From Pseudomonadota bacterium (GTDB lineage Bacteria; Chloroflexota; Ktedonobacteria; Ktedonobacterales; JADMIN01), in the NCBI GenBank assembly GCA_021324535.1, contig JAJPIU010000203.1, forward strand, positions 5,366-69,365: a stretch of 64,000 nt of DNA, read 5' to 3'. The notes under the pieces are model-generated. The model did no database searches, was not told the origin of the DNA, and saw nothing but the letters and a program-made list of their open reading frames with translations. Of this stretch, positions 35,350 through 44,041 are shown in pieces (within the stretch, counting starts at the first letter, position 1; each line of letters opens with the position of its first letter). Made by a program: the position numbers and the translations under genes.

Positions 35350-35412
35350 CAGGTGAGGTTAAGATGGTTGAAAAGCCGATGAATCAGGAGATCAGAGGGA
35401 GAATCTGTCGCA

Positions 35413-37809
35413 TTGAGTGTGGAGACGATGCCAACCGGCGAACCAGATCGGCGGCGCGCCAGGCGCCACAACTGGCGTGCGAAACCGCCAGCAACGCCAT
35501 CTTCAGGCGTCGATCTATCTCCGCCGCCGGATAGGCGCGGCTACCTCATACAGACGCCAATGAGACTCTGGCGGCGCCTGCCACCCTGGGTGACACGCTG
35601 GGACTTCGCGCTGGTTGTGGCGCTTGGCGCGCTCATGCGCCTGTTCTGGCTCGATACCACCTCGTTTCTTGGCGATCAGGCCGAACTTCTGGCGCTTGCG
35701 CGGTCGGCCCTGACACGTCATACGCTGCTGGCGACCGGTATTCGTTCCTCGATTGGCGCGCTCAACCCGCCTGCCTCGGTCTATGCGCTGTTACCCTTCG
35801 CACTGAGCGATCCTTATGTTGCGACGTTTGCCACGGCCCTCGCCAATCTCCTTGCCGTCGCGCTGCTGTATGGCTTGGCCGATAGCTACTTTGGGCGTCG
35901 CGTCGCCTTCACGGCGGCGTTGCTCTATGCCGTTAGCTCCGGCCCTGTCAGCTACTCTCGTTTTATCTGGCAGCAAAATCTGTTGGCGCCGGTCGTGATC
36001 CTCTTTTTCTGGACGCTGTTGGCTGGTGTCTTTCATCATCGCAGGGGCTGGCTTGGCTGGAATGCCCTGCTCTGGGGAATCGCCGTTCAGTTGCACCCCA
36101 CCGCCGCCCCGCTGATCGCGCTGACGCTGATTGGAGCCTACCTGGAACGAAAACGGCTGCGTCCACGCGATCTCATATTTCCCATGCTGGCGTTGCTCGT
36201 GCTGTTCGCGCCCACGCTGCTCTGGGAGGCCGCCACACATATCAGCGACGCGCAGGCCGCGCTTGGCTATACCGGACGCCAGGCAGTCGTTGACGAGTCC
36301 GCCGAATTCTTCCTGCTCGATCTCACGCTGCCGGTCAGCTCATTCGCCACAGGCTCCGCCGCCGCGCATTCCATCACCGTCGCCTGGATGAGCTGGCTTG
36401 GCTGGCTGATGCTTGTGATCTTCGCCACTGCGCAGGTGTGGCTGGCGTTTACCCTTGTGTGGCCGGTCTATCGCACGCTTCGCTTTGGCGCGGCGGCTGC
36501 TCCTGCTGACCGCCCCGATGTTCCTACCGACGCGGCGCCCCGCTCGCCACCACATACACCGAATAAGCAGAGCGAACGCGCCATCCGCTGGCAAGCGGTC
36601 TATTATCTGACGCTGGCCGAGCCGCGCTGGCTGGCGCTGGCGTTGCTGGCGGCCTGGCAAGACTTGCCTCTGCTGGTGATGCTGCGCCACTCCTCAACAG
36701 TGCATCCCCACTATTTGCTGGTCGTCCTTCCGGCGACGTATATCATCATCGGCCTCTTCCTGGTACGCTCCATCGAGCGGCTGATTGGCTGGCTGGCGAC
36801 ACAGCATAGCACCGCACGGCGCATGGAGCGGCTGGGGCTATCAAACGCGACACGGCGCATGCGGGCGACGCTTGCGGTTGTGGTCATCACGTTGGCGGGC
36901 GGGCAGGGGATCGTCACGCTGGCGCAGATCAACGCCGTGCAAAATGGCGCGGTCGCCGCCACGAGCTATGGGATGTCGCTTGGCGACCAGCGGCTTGCCA
37001 TCCAGGCGCTCGACGCGACGGCGCGCCAATACCACGCGCAGGCATATCTGGCGGCCACCCCACTCTTGCAAGAGTCGTTGGGCTATCTCGCGGCGACCGA
37101 GGCGCCGCAGACCTCCGTCTACAACGGCGCAAACTGCCTCGTGACGGCGGACAGCCAGCCGGTCGTCACGCTGATCATATCTCCATCGGCGGCGTCTACC
37201 CTGGCGCCCATGCTGGCGGACGAGCGGCTCGTGCGCAGTGTCAGACTGAGCGATGGCGCGTCACTGCCGATCTACCTGCTGGAGCCGGGAGGCAAGCTAA
37301 GGGATGAACAGGCGATTACCTACACTGAGAAGCAACCGCCCTTCCACGATCTTTTCCCGCTCGGTTATGCTGTACAGACGATGGAGAGAGCGCATACGAC
37401 AATGATCGTTCACTGGTCAGGAACGCCTGCGCTGACTGAGAACGGCCAGCAGCCGGAAACAGGGGTAGATGCGCGGGCAGCCTATTGGTTCGGCGCGTCG
37501 CCGGATGGGCAGGCGCCCGTGGTAGCGAACTATGACTTCTTTGTGCAGCCGTTCGACGCCAACGGACATGCGTTGGGCGCGCCGCAAACAGGCTTCTGCG
37601 GCGCACTGGGGTGGGCCAAGGGGATCGATGTCTATAGCGCGATCACGCTGCCAGCGGCGGTCGCTGCCGGGCAGGCTGCACACTGGCGCGTATGGGCGAT
37701 GGCGGCGCCGCTGGTGGTCAGTCGCCCAACGCTGGGGCCGCTAACACTCGAATCGGGCGATGCGCGCTTCACAGAGGCGGTAGCTGTTTCGGGCGTCAGC
37801 GAGATCTAA
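35413..37809 (+). CDS. GT39/ArnT-like polytopic membrane glycosyltransferase with large C-terminal domain
   Basis: 798 aa. There are about 12 TM segments in the first ~480 aa, with the early loop pattern FWLDTTSFLGDQAE typical of PMT/ArnT-type (GT-C) enzymes, then a soluble C-terminal domain. The start is uncertain (TTG at 35413, or ATG near 35560). Confidence 0.7.
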   Translation: MSVETMPTGEPDRRRARRHNWRAKPPATPSSGVDLSPPPDRRGYLIQTPMRLWRRLPPWVTRWDFALVVALGALMRLFWLDTTSFLGDQAELLALARSALTRHTLLATGIRSSIGALNPPASVYALLPFALSDPYVATFATALANLLAVALLYGLADSYFGRRVAFTAALLYAVSSGPVSYSRFIWQQNLLAPVVILFFWTLLAGVFHHRRGWLGWNALLWGIAVQLHPTAAPLIALTLIGAYLERKRLRPRDLIFPMLALLVLFAPTLLWEAATHISDAQAALGYTGRQAVVDESAEFFLLDLTLPVSSFATGSAAAHSITVAWMSWLGWLMLVIFATAQVWLAFTLVWPVYRTLRFGAAAAPADRPDVPTDAAPRSPPHTPNKQSERAIRWQAVYYLTLAEPRWLALALLAAWQDLPLLVMLRHSSTVHPHYLLVVLPATYIIIGLFLVRSIERLIGWLATQHSTARRMERLGLSNATRRMRATLAVVVITLAGGQGIVTLAQINAVQNGAVAATSYGMSLGDQRLAIQALDATARQYHAQAYLAATPLLQESLGYLAATEAPQTSVYNGANCLVTADSQPVVTLIISPSAASTLAPMLADERLVRSVRLSDGASLPIYLLEPGGKLRDEQAITYTEKQPPFHDLFPLGYAVQTMERAHTTMIVHWSGTPALTENGQQPETGVDARAAYWFGASPDGQAPVVANYDFFVQPFDANGHALGAPQTGFCGALGWAKGIDVYSAITLPAAVAAGQAAHWRVWAMAAPLVVSRPTLGPLTLESGDARFTEAVAVSGVSEI

Positions 37810-37917
37810 ACTTTTGGGAAGTAGGAATCGCGCACCCGTCAAGGCGCAACATCCAGGCGACCACACTCGCCGCCAGGGGCGGCGCCACTCGATCCCATGC
37901 CACCTGATGTAGCTCGT

Positions 37918-37950
37918 CCCATGCCAAACAGGGTTGCTGTTCGGCATGGG
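37918..37950. terminator. Long hairpin between convergent genes (possible bidirectional terminator)
   Basis: CCCATGCCAAACAG-ggttg-CTGTTCGGCATGGG, 13 of 14 bp paired, with no U-tract on either strand. It lies between the GT39-like stop and the HNH stop. Confidence 0.35.
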
Positions 37951-38057
37951 GCAGCCCGCGCAGGCAAGCTCCGTGGTTGTAAGCCCTTGGGCGTGGCTTC
38001 AGTCGCCCACCTGCTATGCCCCCATCCCATTGATGGGAAGGGGATGGGGAGTTAGGC

Positions 38058-38621
38058 TTACCTCGCGACGGCCAGCGAGATCATTTGGGATGATGGCGAA
38101 TGGGCCGAGTTCAGGAACTGCTCATACGCCTCGCGCAGACGCGGGTAGCGCAGCAGGAAGAAGCCAGCGTACTCGTTCTGGAGCGGACGCGGCTGCTTGA
38201 GCAGGGTCATCCCCACCTCTTTGAGCAAGCGGTTTCCCTTGCGGCCATTGCAGGCGCGGCAGCACGCGACGAGGTTCTCCCAGGTGCTTTGCCCGCCACG
38301 CGAACGCGGAATCACATGGTCGAGCGTTAGCTCGCGCATATGCTTCCCGCAATACTGGCAGGTCTCTTCGTCGCGCAGGAGGATGTTGGCGCGCGTCGGG
38401 CGCAGCGCCATACGGGGAACGCGTACATTGGCAAGCAACTGCACGATCACCGGCTCATCCGCCGAGATACGACGAGTCTGGATTCCCTCTTCGATCACGC
38501 GGCGCACGTTCTCGTCTACAAAGGCGACCTTCTGCTTGGAGAGCAGCACGACGAGACGGCGCTCCGGGATAACTGAGAGCGGCTGAAGTGACGCATTGAG
38601 CACCAGTACCGGCATCGGCAA
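38058..38621 (-). CDS. HNH endonuclease
   Basis: CQYCGKHMRELTLDHVIPRSRGGQSTWENLVACCRACNGRKGNR is a complete HNH/zinc-ribbon motif. 187 aa, with a good SD (AAAGGGGG). Confidence 0.9.
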   Translation of the reverse strand: MPMPVLVLNASLQPLSVIPERRLVVLLSKQKVAFVDENVRRVIEEGIQTRRISADEPVIVQLLANVRVPRMALRPTRANILLRDEETCQYCGKHMRELTLDHVIPRSRGGQSTWENLVACCRACNGRKGNRLLKEVGMTLLKQPRPLQNEYAGFFLLRYPRLREAYEQFLNSAHSPSSQMISLAVAR

Positions 38622-39256
38622 CCCCCTTTCTTGCTCATACCGCGTCGTCTGGCCTGGAATCGGACGGTGGAGGGCAGATGAAAGGGAAGGCGCGCGATCC
38701 GGGTGGTCATCACAGGGGTGAGGAACTCCGGTTCGGCGCGTTCACGCTCTCTGCCGTCTATACCGACCGCAAAAGCGTTCGCAACCTCGCCCAAACATTC
38801 GGCGATAGGAATACCATCGCGGAAGACAATCCAACAAAAACTGTAGAGACCAGGATGGATACCACAAAAGGTCAGGCAGCGGCGCCACACCTGACGGCCT
38901 TGCTGACCGGCTGGGTGTGGATGTCATGGCGTGTTTGGGCGCTACACGCATCGCATGGGGCGATCCGCTGACGACCATCGCTGACATAACCTGCTCCCTT
39001 GATCATGGTACCCTGGCGAGGTGGACGAAGATGGCGCACGAGAACGTCAGCGTCCATCGCGAACGGGAAACGACAAACAAACAATCAGTGCGCACGCATC
39101 TTGCGTGGCTGTGAGGCTGATCCTTCACGCGCCGCTGACCATCTGGTGTGTGTGGCTTGCTCGATACACCTGGTGTAACTTGCGCGTACCGCGAACATGC
39201 CCTCTAGCCCGATGAACGCCTCGCCAGTGAGGATTCATTGGTCTACAGAGCAATCT

Positions 39257-39333
39257 TGGTCGGGGTGAGAGGACTTGAACCTCCGACCTCAGCGTCCCGA
39301 ACGCTGCGCGCTAGCCACCTGCGCTACACCCCG
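39257..39333 (-). tRNA. tRNA-Pro (anticodon CGG), CCA encoded
   Basis: Reverse complement: CGGGGTGTAGCGCAGGTGGCTAGCGCGCAGCGTTCGGGACGCTGAGGTCGGAGGTTCAAGTCCTCTCACCCCGACCA. It folds into a cloverleaf with acceptor CGGGGTG/CACCCCG, anticodon loop TTCGGGA, and T-loop GGTTCAAGTCC. Confidence 0.95.
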
Positions 39334-39469
39334 AAAGACAGCCTGCTGTGGAAGCATGGCGCCGACCCTCTTTGAGAAGTATCTGCGCTTGTCTTTCCAC
39401 AGCGAAGTATAGCATATGGCGAAGCGAACTGCAAGGGCAGATCGATCCATATTTTCGATTGGGGCAAGT

Positions 39470-39832
39470 TTACCCTTCGGCTCCGCTCTCCTGTCCCTCC
39501 TGAATGACGCCAAGCGCATTGCCAAAAGGATCGGTGACGCTGGCCAGCCGTGTGCCGCCCCCCACGTCAATGATCGGCGTGCGCTCCTGCGCACCGAGCG
39601 CAACCAGCCGCGCCATCGCCGCCTCGATGTCGTCAACTTCCCAGTAGGCGACGGACTGCTCCTGTCCCTTTGGCGCGTCGGGGTCAAGCCCAAGCTCAAA
39701 GCCATTCACCGAGAAGCCAACATAGTGAGGATCATCAAAATAGGGCGCGAACCCCAACACTTCGCTATACCAGGCTTTCGCCCGCTCGATGTCATCCACG
39801 GCATAGATGACGGATCGCACACGCTTTAGCAT
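39470..39832 (-). CDS. VOC family protein (glyoxalase / bleomycin-resistance fold)
   Basis: 120 aa. VRSVIYAVDDIERAKAWYSEVLGF ... ASVTDPFGNALGVIQ is the typical paired beta-alpha-beta-beta-beta VOC pattern. Confidence 0.85.
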   Translation of the reverse strand: MLKRVRSVIYAVDDIERAKAWYSEVLGFAPYFDDPHYVGFSVNGFELGLDPDAPKGQEQSVAYWEVDDIEAAMARLVALGAQERTPIIDVGGGTRLASVTDPFGNALGVIQEGQESGAEG

Positions 39833-39933
39833 ACCTACCTCCTCCCATCAGTGGGAAGGGAAGAATAGCGCCTGCCATGACAGGCAGACGTCTCGCTCTT
39901 CAAGAGCGGTTCACTTTATTCGTCGTTGGCCTG

Positions 39934-40827
39934 TCAGAGGTAGCAGACGCCCTTCTGGCCTGGAATCGCTATGCGCCGCGCCTGTCCCTGCTCGGCCAGC
40001 CGCTCCAGTCCGGCGCGTAGCTCGGCTTCGGGCAGATGCAGGTGGCGCGCGAGCGGGATCGGCTGCGCGTAGACCGCAGCAGGTAGATACGCCCGTAACA
40101 GCGCCTCGAGCGCCTCGGCGCGCGTCAGGCGATCCGCCGCAGCCACATGATCGGGGTAGCGCACGGCCACCAGCGCATGGCGCATCTCCTGGTCATCCTC
40201 GGAGAAGACCTTCGCCAGCAACAGTTTGGCGTCAAGCTCCTCCACCGCTTTGAGATAGGCTGTGCGCTGGCCGGTGGGAAAACCAGCCGCCGCACGCAGT
40301 TCGCCGGTGGTTAGCGTCGCCTCTGGCGCGTCGGCCAGCGCCTGCGCCACCTGATACGCGCCTTTCGAGAACGCGCCTGCGTCATATGCTTCATCCAGCG
40401 CGCGTAGCTCACCCCAGAGCCGCAGCACGGCAGGCAAGAGCGTCCAGCTGACCAGCGTGGGGCGCTTGCGAATCAGCGACGTATAAAACGCCGCCTGACG
40501 TCGCCCCAATATCCAGCGCCAGGTATAGATGTCACCCGATACGCTTTCCCAGTCGGAGGTCGGCTGCGTGGTAGGGTCGCCAGTGTAGGCGTGCAGCAGG
40601 TTGGGCAGTTCGGGTGAGGTGGGATAGAGCGTCGCAATACCGACGCGCTCGATCAACGCGGTGGCGGCTATGGGATCGGATGTGCGTGTGGCTAGGGTTT
40701 GTCCCCAGTTGGTTAGCCGTCGCGCGGCAAGCTGCTCTGCCTGTCGCTGCGTCAGTTGTTCCGGCTGTGCAACCGCTTCCTCTGTTGTTTGTGGTTCAGC
40801 CGTGCGTGTCATCGTTTTCATCGTCAT
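39934..40827 (-). CDS. Hypothetical protein (about 297 aa, helical, possibly winged-helix repeats)
   Basis: Good coding appearance. The ATG at 40827 overlaps the stop of the upstream SH3-like gene (ATGA), implying translational coupling. The ORF is open to 40860. No family confidently recognised. Confidence 0.65.
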   Translation of the reverse strand: MTMKTMTRTAEPQTTEEAVAQPEQLTQRQAEQLAARRLTNWGQTLATRTSDPIAATALIERVGIATLYPTSPELPNLLHAYTGDPTTQPTSDWESVSGDIYTWRWILGRRQAAFYTSLIRKRPTLVSWTLLPAVLRLWGELRALDEAYDAGAFSKGAYQVAQALADAPEATLTTGELRAAAGFPTGQRTAYLKAVEELDAKLLLAKVFSEDDQEMRHALVAVRYPDHVAAADRLTRAEALEALLRAYLPAAVYAQPIPLARHLHLPEAELRAGLERLAEQGQARRIAIPGQKGVCYL

Positions 40828-41183
40828 CCATTCATCTCCAAAGAACTGAGGGGTACCCATCCCTCCTGGCCATCATCTGCGCGACACCATGCCCAGCCGC
40901 TCTCGGTGGTCAGCGCCTGCACGCGCTGTCCCTCGCGCACGCTCAGTTCGCGGGCGGAATAGTCCACACGCAAGCTGCGCTGGCTCCCTTCGCCATCCAG
41001 ATAGGCCAGCGGGGTATAGCCTTCTTTGCCACGCGCATCGCGGCGCCATATCCAGACCCACTCCGTATGCCCTTCCCATTGGCTGATTTGATCGGTGAGT
41101 GTCACCACCTCGCCCGCCAGGGCAGCCAGTGGATAGGGAAACTCCACTACGTATTCGTGGCTTACTCGATAGGATGGAGACAT
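40824..41183 (-). CDS. Tandem SH3-like domain protein (about 119 aa)
   Basis: Two SH3-like segments: ...GEVVTLTDQISQWEGHTEWVWIWRRDARGKEGYTPLAYL and ELSVREGQRVQALTTESGWAWCRADDGQEGWVPLSSL. The ATG at 41183 has GGGAGGG 8 nt upstream. Confidence 0.6.
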   Translation of the reverse strand: MSPSYRVSHEYVVEFPYPLAALAGEVVTLTDQISQWEGHTEWVWIWRRDARGKEGYTPLAYLDGEGSQRSLRVDYSARELSVREGQRVQALTTESGWAWCRADDGQEGWVPLSSLEMNG

Positions 41184-41316
41184 AGCGATAACCCTCCCAC
41201 AGGTCTTCAAGGTCTTCGCATCATCTCTTTCAGTGTACCCGCGAATGTGGTTAAATACAGTCCACAATCTGAAGCAACATGACGCAATGTGATCCAATCT
41301 GGCAGGAGAAACGCAT

Positions 41317-42318
41317 ATGACCTACTCGCCAGCCGGGCGACTGTTGACGCTGCTCGATGTGTTGCAGTCGCGCTCTCGAGTTTCTGCGGCGGAGCTTGCG
41401 GATCGGTTGCAGGTGGAGACGCGCAGCGTGCGGCGCTATATGCTGCTGCTGCAAGATATGGGGATTCCGGTGGAAGCGCGGCGTGGGCGCTACGGCGGCT
41501 ATCGCCTGCGGCCTGGCTACAAACTGCCACCATTGATGCTGACAGATGAAGAGGCGCTGGCGCTGACGCTGGGCCTGCTGACGACGCGGCGCCTGGGGTT
41601 CTTTGGCCTGGCCGACGCAGCGCCTGCCGTGGAAAGCGCGCTGGCGAAGATTGAGCGCGTGCTGCCGGTGGGGCTACGTGAACGCGCCCAGGCGGTGCAG
41701 GCGGCGGTTGCGCTCGACCCCGCAACGCTGGTCATGCCGGAGGCCATGCCACCGGAGTATACGCCAAAAGCGCCTGCGCGGCTGGTGCTGGCGCTCAGCG
41801 CGGCGGCCCGCCAGGGGCAGCGACTCATCCTGCGCTATATTGCTAGCGATGGAGCTGAGACGGTGCGCGGCTTCGATTGCTATGGTCTGGTCTATCACGA
41901 TGGCCGCTGGTATGCTGTGGGGTATTGTCATCTGCGCCAGGCCATCCGCACCTTCCGACTGGATCGCATCCACAGCGCCAAAGAAGACGACGCCAGCTTC
42001 ACACGCCCGGTCGGCTTCGACTGCCTCGCCTACGCGATTCAAGCCTTCGCCGCCTGGCCCGATGCCTGGCGCATCGAGGCACTGATCAAGGCGCCGCTGA
42101 CCACCGTTTATCAGCGTGCGCCAACTGCCTTCGCCAGCCTGGAAGAAGCGACCGATGGCGTAATACTCCGCGCGTATGAGAACGACCTCGATCACGCGGC
42201 GCGCTTTCTGGTTGGCTTGGGGTTGCCCTTCATCGTTCGCCAGCCACCTGAGCTACACGATGCGCTCCAGCAGATCGCCGACGAGATTGCCGCCACGCTG
42301 GCGCGTTCAGCGGGGTAG
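41317..42318 (+). CDS. YafY-family transcriptional regulator (HTH + WYL + WCX domains)
   Basis: N-terminal HTH RLLTLLDVLQSRSRVSAAELADRLQVETRSVRRYMLLLQDMGIPV, then the WYL domain YGLVYHDGRWYAVGYCHLRQAIRTFRLDRI. AGGAGA SD. Confidence 0.9.
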   Translation: MTYSPAGRLLTLLDVLQSRSRVSAAELADRLQVETRSVRRYMLLLQDMGIPVEARRGRYGGYRLRPGYKLPPLMLTDEEALALTLGLLTTRRLGFFGLADAAPAVESALAKIERVLPVGLRERAQAVQAAVALDPATLVMPEAMPPEYTPKAPARLVLALSAAARQGQRLILRYIASDGAETVRGFDCYGLVYHDGRWYAVGYCHLRQAIRTFRLDRIHSAKEDDASFTRPVGFDCLAYAIQAFAAWPDAWRIEALIKAPLTTVYQRAPTAFASLEEATDGVILRAYENDLDHAARFLVGLGLPFIVRQPPELHDALQQIADEIAATLARSAG

Positions 42319-42324
42319 GAAGAC

Positions 42325-43002
42325 TTACCCTGGCGGCTGCTGAAGGATCTCCAGCGCGTCATTCAGGCGATCCATTGTGATACTTAGGGGATCGAGCGCA
42401 ACCTGTGCGATACCCAGCCGCTCAGCGTGCGTGCGCAGGGTACGCGCATATTGTGTCATGGCAGGAAGCGCCCCGGCTGCCATGCGCAGGAGGGTGATCG
42501 CCTGCTCGCGTTGCGCGCCAAGCCAGCGCGGATTGCTCATGTGCTCAAGTATTTCGTCAGTGGCCTCTGCGGATGGTTCGTTGACCTCAGGAAGCGCCTG
42601 TCGGCGATGGCAGTAGTCCACCAGAAACCCCTCGAGTTCGCCGCGCGCCACTGCCAGCAGACTGGAAATCTCCGCAAGCAGATGCGCCTCGTTGAGCGAC
42701 TTGCCCAGCAGCCACCACTCCTGCGTGGTGAGCGCCCGCTCGACATCGGCGATCCGCTGCAATAACGGAACTGCGCGATTAGCTAGTTCGTCAAACCCCG
42801 CTTGCTCGGCAATGGGGTCAGCCTGCCCTGGGTAGGCGCCTGGATGGACGCCAGATGGGCCGAGCGCGCCGGATGGCGCTCCAAGTGGCCCACTATATCC
42901 GCCAGCGCCATAGGGCGATTGCGGTGACGTATTTGGTTCGGCGGTTGATGGCCCGGCCTGGCGCCCTTCCTTCGAGAACCACGGCGGTTGCATGGGCTGC
43001 AT
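42325..43002 (-). CDS. Hypothetical protein with P/G-rich N-terminus and helical C-terminal domain
   Basis: The ATG at 43002 is preceded by GAGGAG at 8 nt; the track ORF extends to 43155. No family recognised. Confidence 0.6.
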   Translation of the reverse strand: MQPMQPPWFSKEGRQAGPSTAEPNTSPQSPYGAGGYSGPLGAPSGALGPSGVHPGAYPGQADPIAEQAGFDELANRAVPLLQRIADVERALTTQEWWLLGKSLNEAHLLAEISSLLAVARGELEGFLVDYCHRRQALPEVNEPSAEATDEILEHMSNPRWLGAQREQAITLLRMAAGALPAMTQYARTLRTHAERLGIAQVALDPLSITMDRLNDALEILQQPPG

Positions 43003-43280
43003 AGTACGGCTCCTCTCAGCGTGTGTTTTCTCTCTTAAAAAACAGAAATACGCAACGACAAGAACGACAGGACAGATGCGAATACGGAAAGGTGAGACGT
43101 CTTTGGCTCTAGATTGGTTGGGCCTGTTGCATTTGGCTTGTGTGCGATCCTTCACTACTCTACGCGCTGGCGCATGGGCGCGTCAAGCCCCCATTCTGTG
43201 CGAAAATGTGCATGAGAGCATATACAAAAATATGTAGAGGGATGGAGAGAGGTCTCCCTTGTCGAGAAGAGAACTACCCG

Positions 43281-44009
43281 ATGCGCTTTGATATTTTTAC
43301 GCTCTTCCCGGAGATGATGCGTGGCCCGCTCGATGCAAGCATCATTGCCCGCGCGCGGGAACGCGGCCAGGTGGAGATCGCGCTGCACAATCCGCGCGAT
43401 GCGACGACCGACCGCCATCATATCGTTGACGATTATCCCTATGGCGGTGGCGCGGGGATGGTGATGAAGCCCGAGCCGCTCTTTGCAGCCGTCGAGGCGG
43501 TCTATCAGGGTGGCCCAATCATCCTGATGAGTCCGCAGGGGCGCGTGTTTACGCAGGCCATCGCGCGCGAGTTGGCGCGTGAGCCACGTATGACGCTGCT
43601 CTGCGGTCACTATGAAGGGGTGGATGAGCGTGTGCGTGAACATCTGGCTACCGATGAACTCTCGATTGGCGACTTTGTGCTGACGGGCGGCGAGCTGGCG
43701 GCGCTGGTGATCGTAGACGCTGTGGCGCGCCTGCTGCCAGGTGTGCTAGCGCCTGGGTCAACCGAGGAGGAATCGCACACGGCCGGTCTGCTGGAATACC
43801 CACAGTATACGCGGCCTGTGGAGTTTCGTGGCTGGCGCGTGCCCGATATTCTACTGAGCGGCAATCACGCGGCCATCGCGCGCTGGCGTCGCCGCGAGGC
43901 CCTTCGCCGCACCCGCGACCGCCGCCCCGATCTGCTGGCGCGCGCCGACCTTTCGCCGCTGGATCGCCAATTGCTGGCCGAACTTGAAGGCGAATCCGAA
44001 GGTGCGTGA
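43281..44009 (+). CDS. trmD: tRNA (guanine37-N1)-methyltransferase
   Basis: [29 protein letters not shown]...[17 protein letters not shown]...[23 protein letters not shown] is the canonical TrmD sequence. The track ORF 43140.. is an N-terminal over-extension. Confidence 0.9.
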   Translation: MRFDIFTLFPEMMRGPLDASIIARARERGQVEIALHNPRDATTDRHHIVDDYPYGGGAGMVMKPEPLFAAVEAVYQGGPIILMSPQGRVFTQAIARELAREPRMTLLCGHYEGVDERVREHLATDELSIGDFVLTGGELAALVIVDAVARLLPGVLAPGSTEEESHTAGLLEYPQYTRPVEFRGWRVPDILLSGNHAAIARWRRREALRRTRDRRPDLLARADLSPLDRQLLAELEGESEGA

Positions 44010-44041
44010 AAAGCTGGCGATCAGCAGAGAGTGGGCAAAGG

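Noticed and set aside
38058-39333. HNH endonuclease plus tRNA-Pro considered as part of an integrated mobile, defence or restriction element.
   Set aside because: No integrase, methyltransferase, partner nuclease or ATPase, or att-like direct repeat is visible. Stand-alone HNH proteins of about 185 aa with this motif layout appear to be widespread conserved genes (from memory, not checked), and composition looks native.
39934-40827. The 297-aa protein considered as an AlkZ/YcaQ-like interstrand-crosslink DNA glycosylase, a tempting idea given the neighbouring VOC/bleomycin-resistance-fold gene and the WYL regulator.
   Set aside because: The resemblance seen by eye is limited to a short N-terminal stretch, the protein is shorter than that family, and I could not locate the catalytic motif. 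The call is left as hypothetical pending HHpred.
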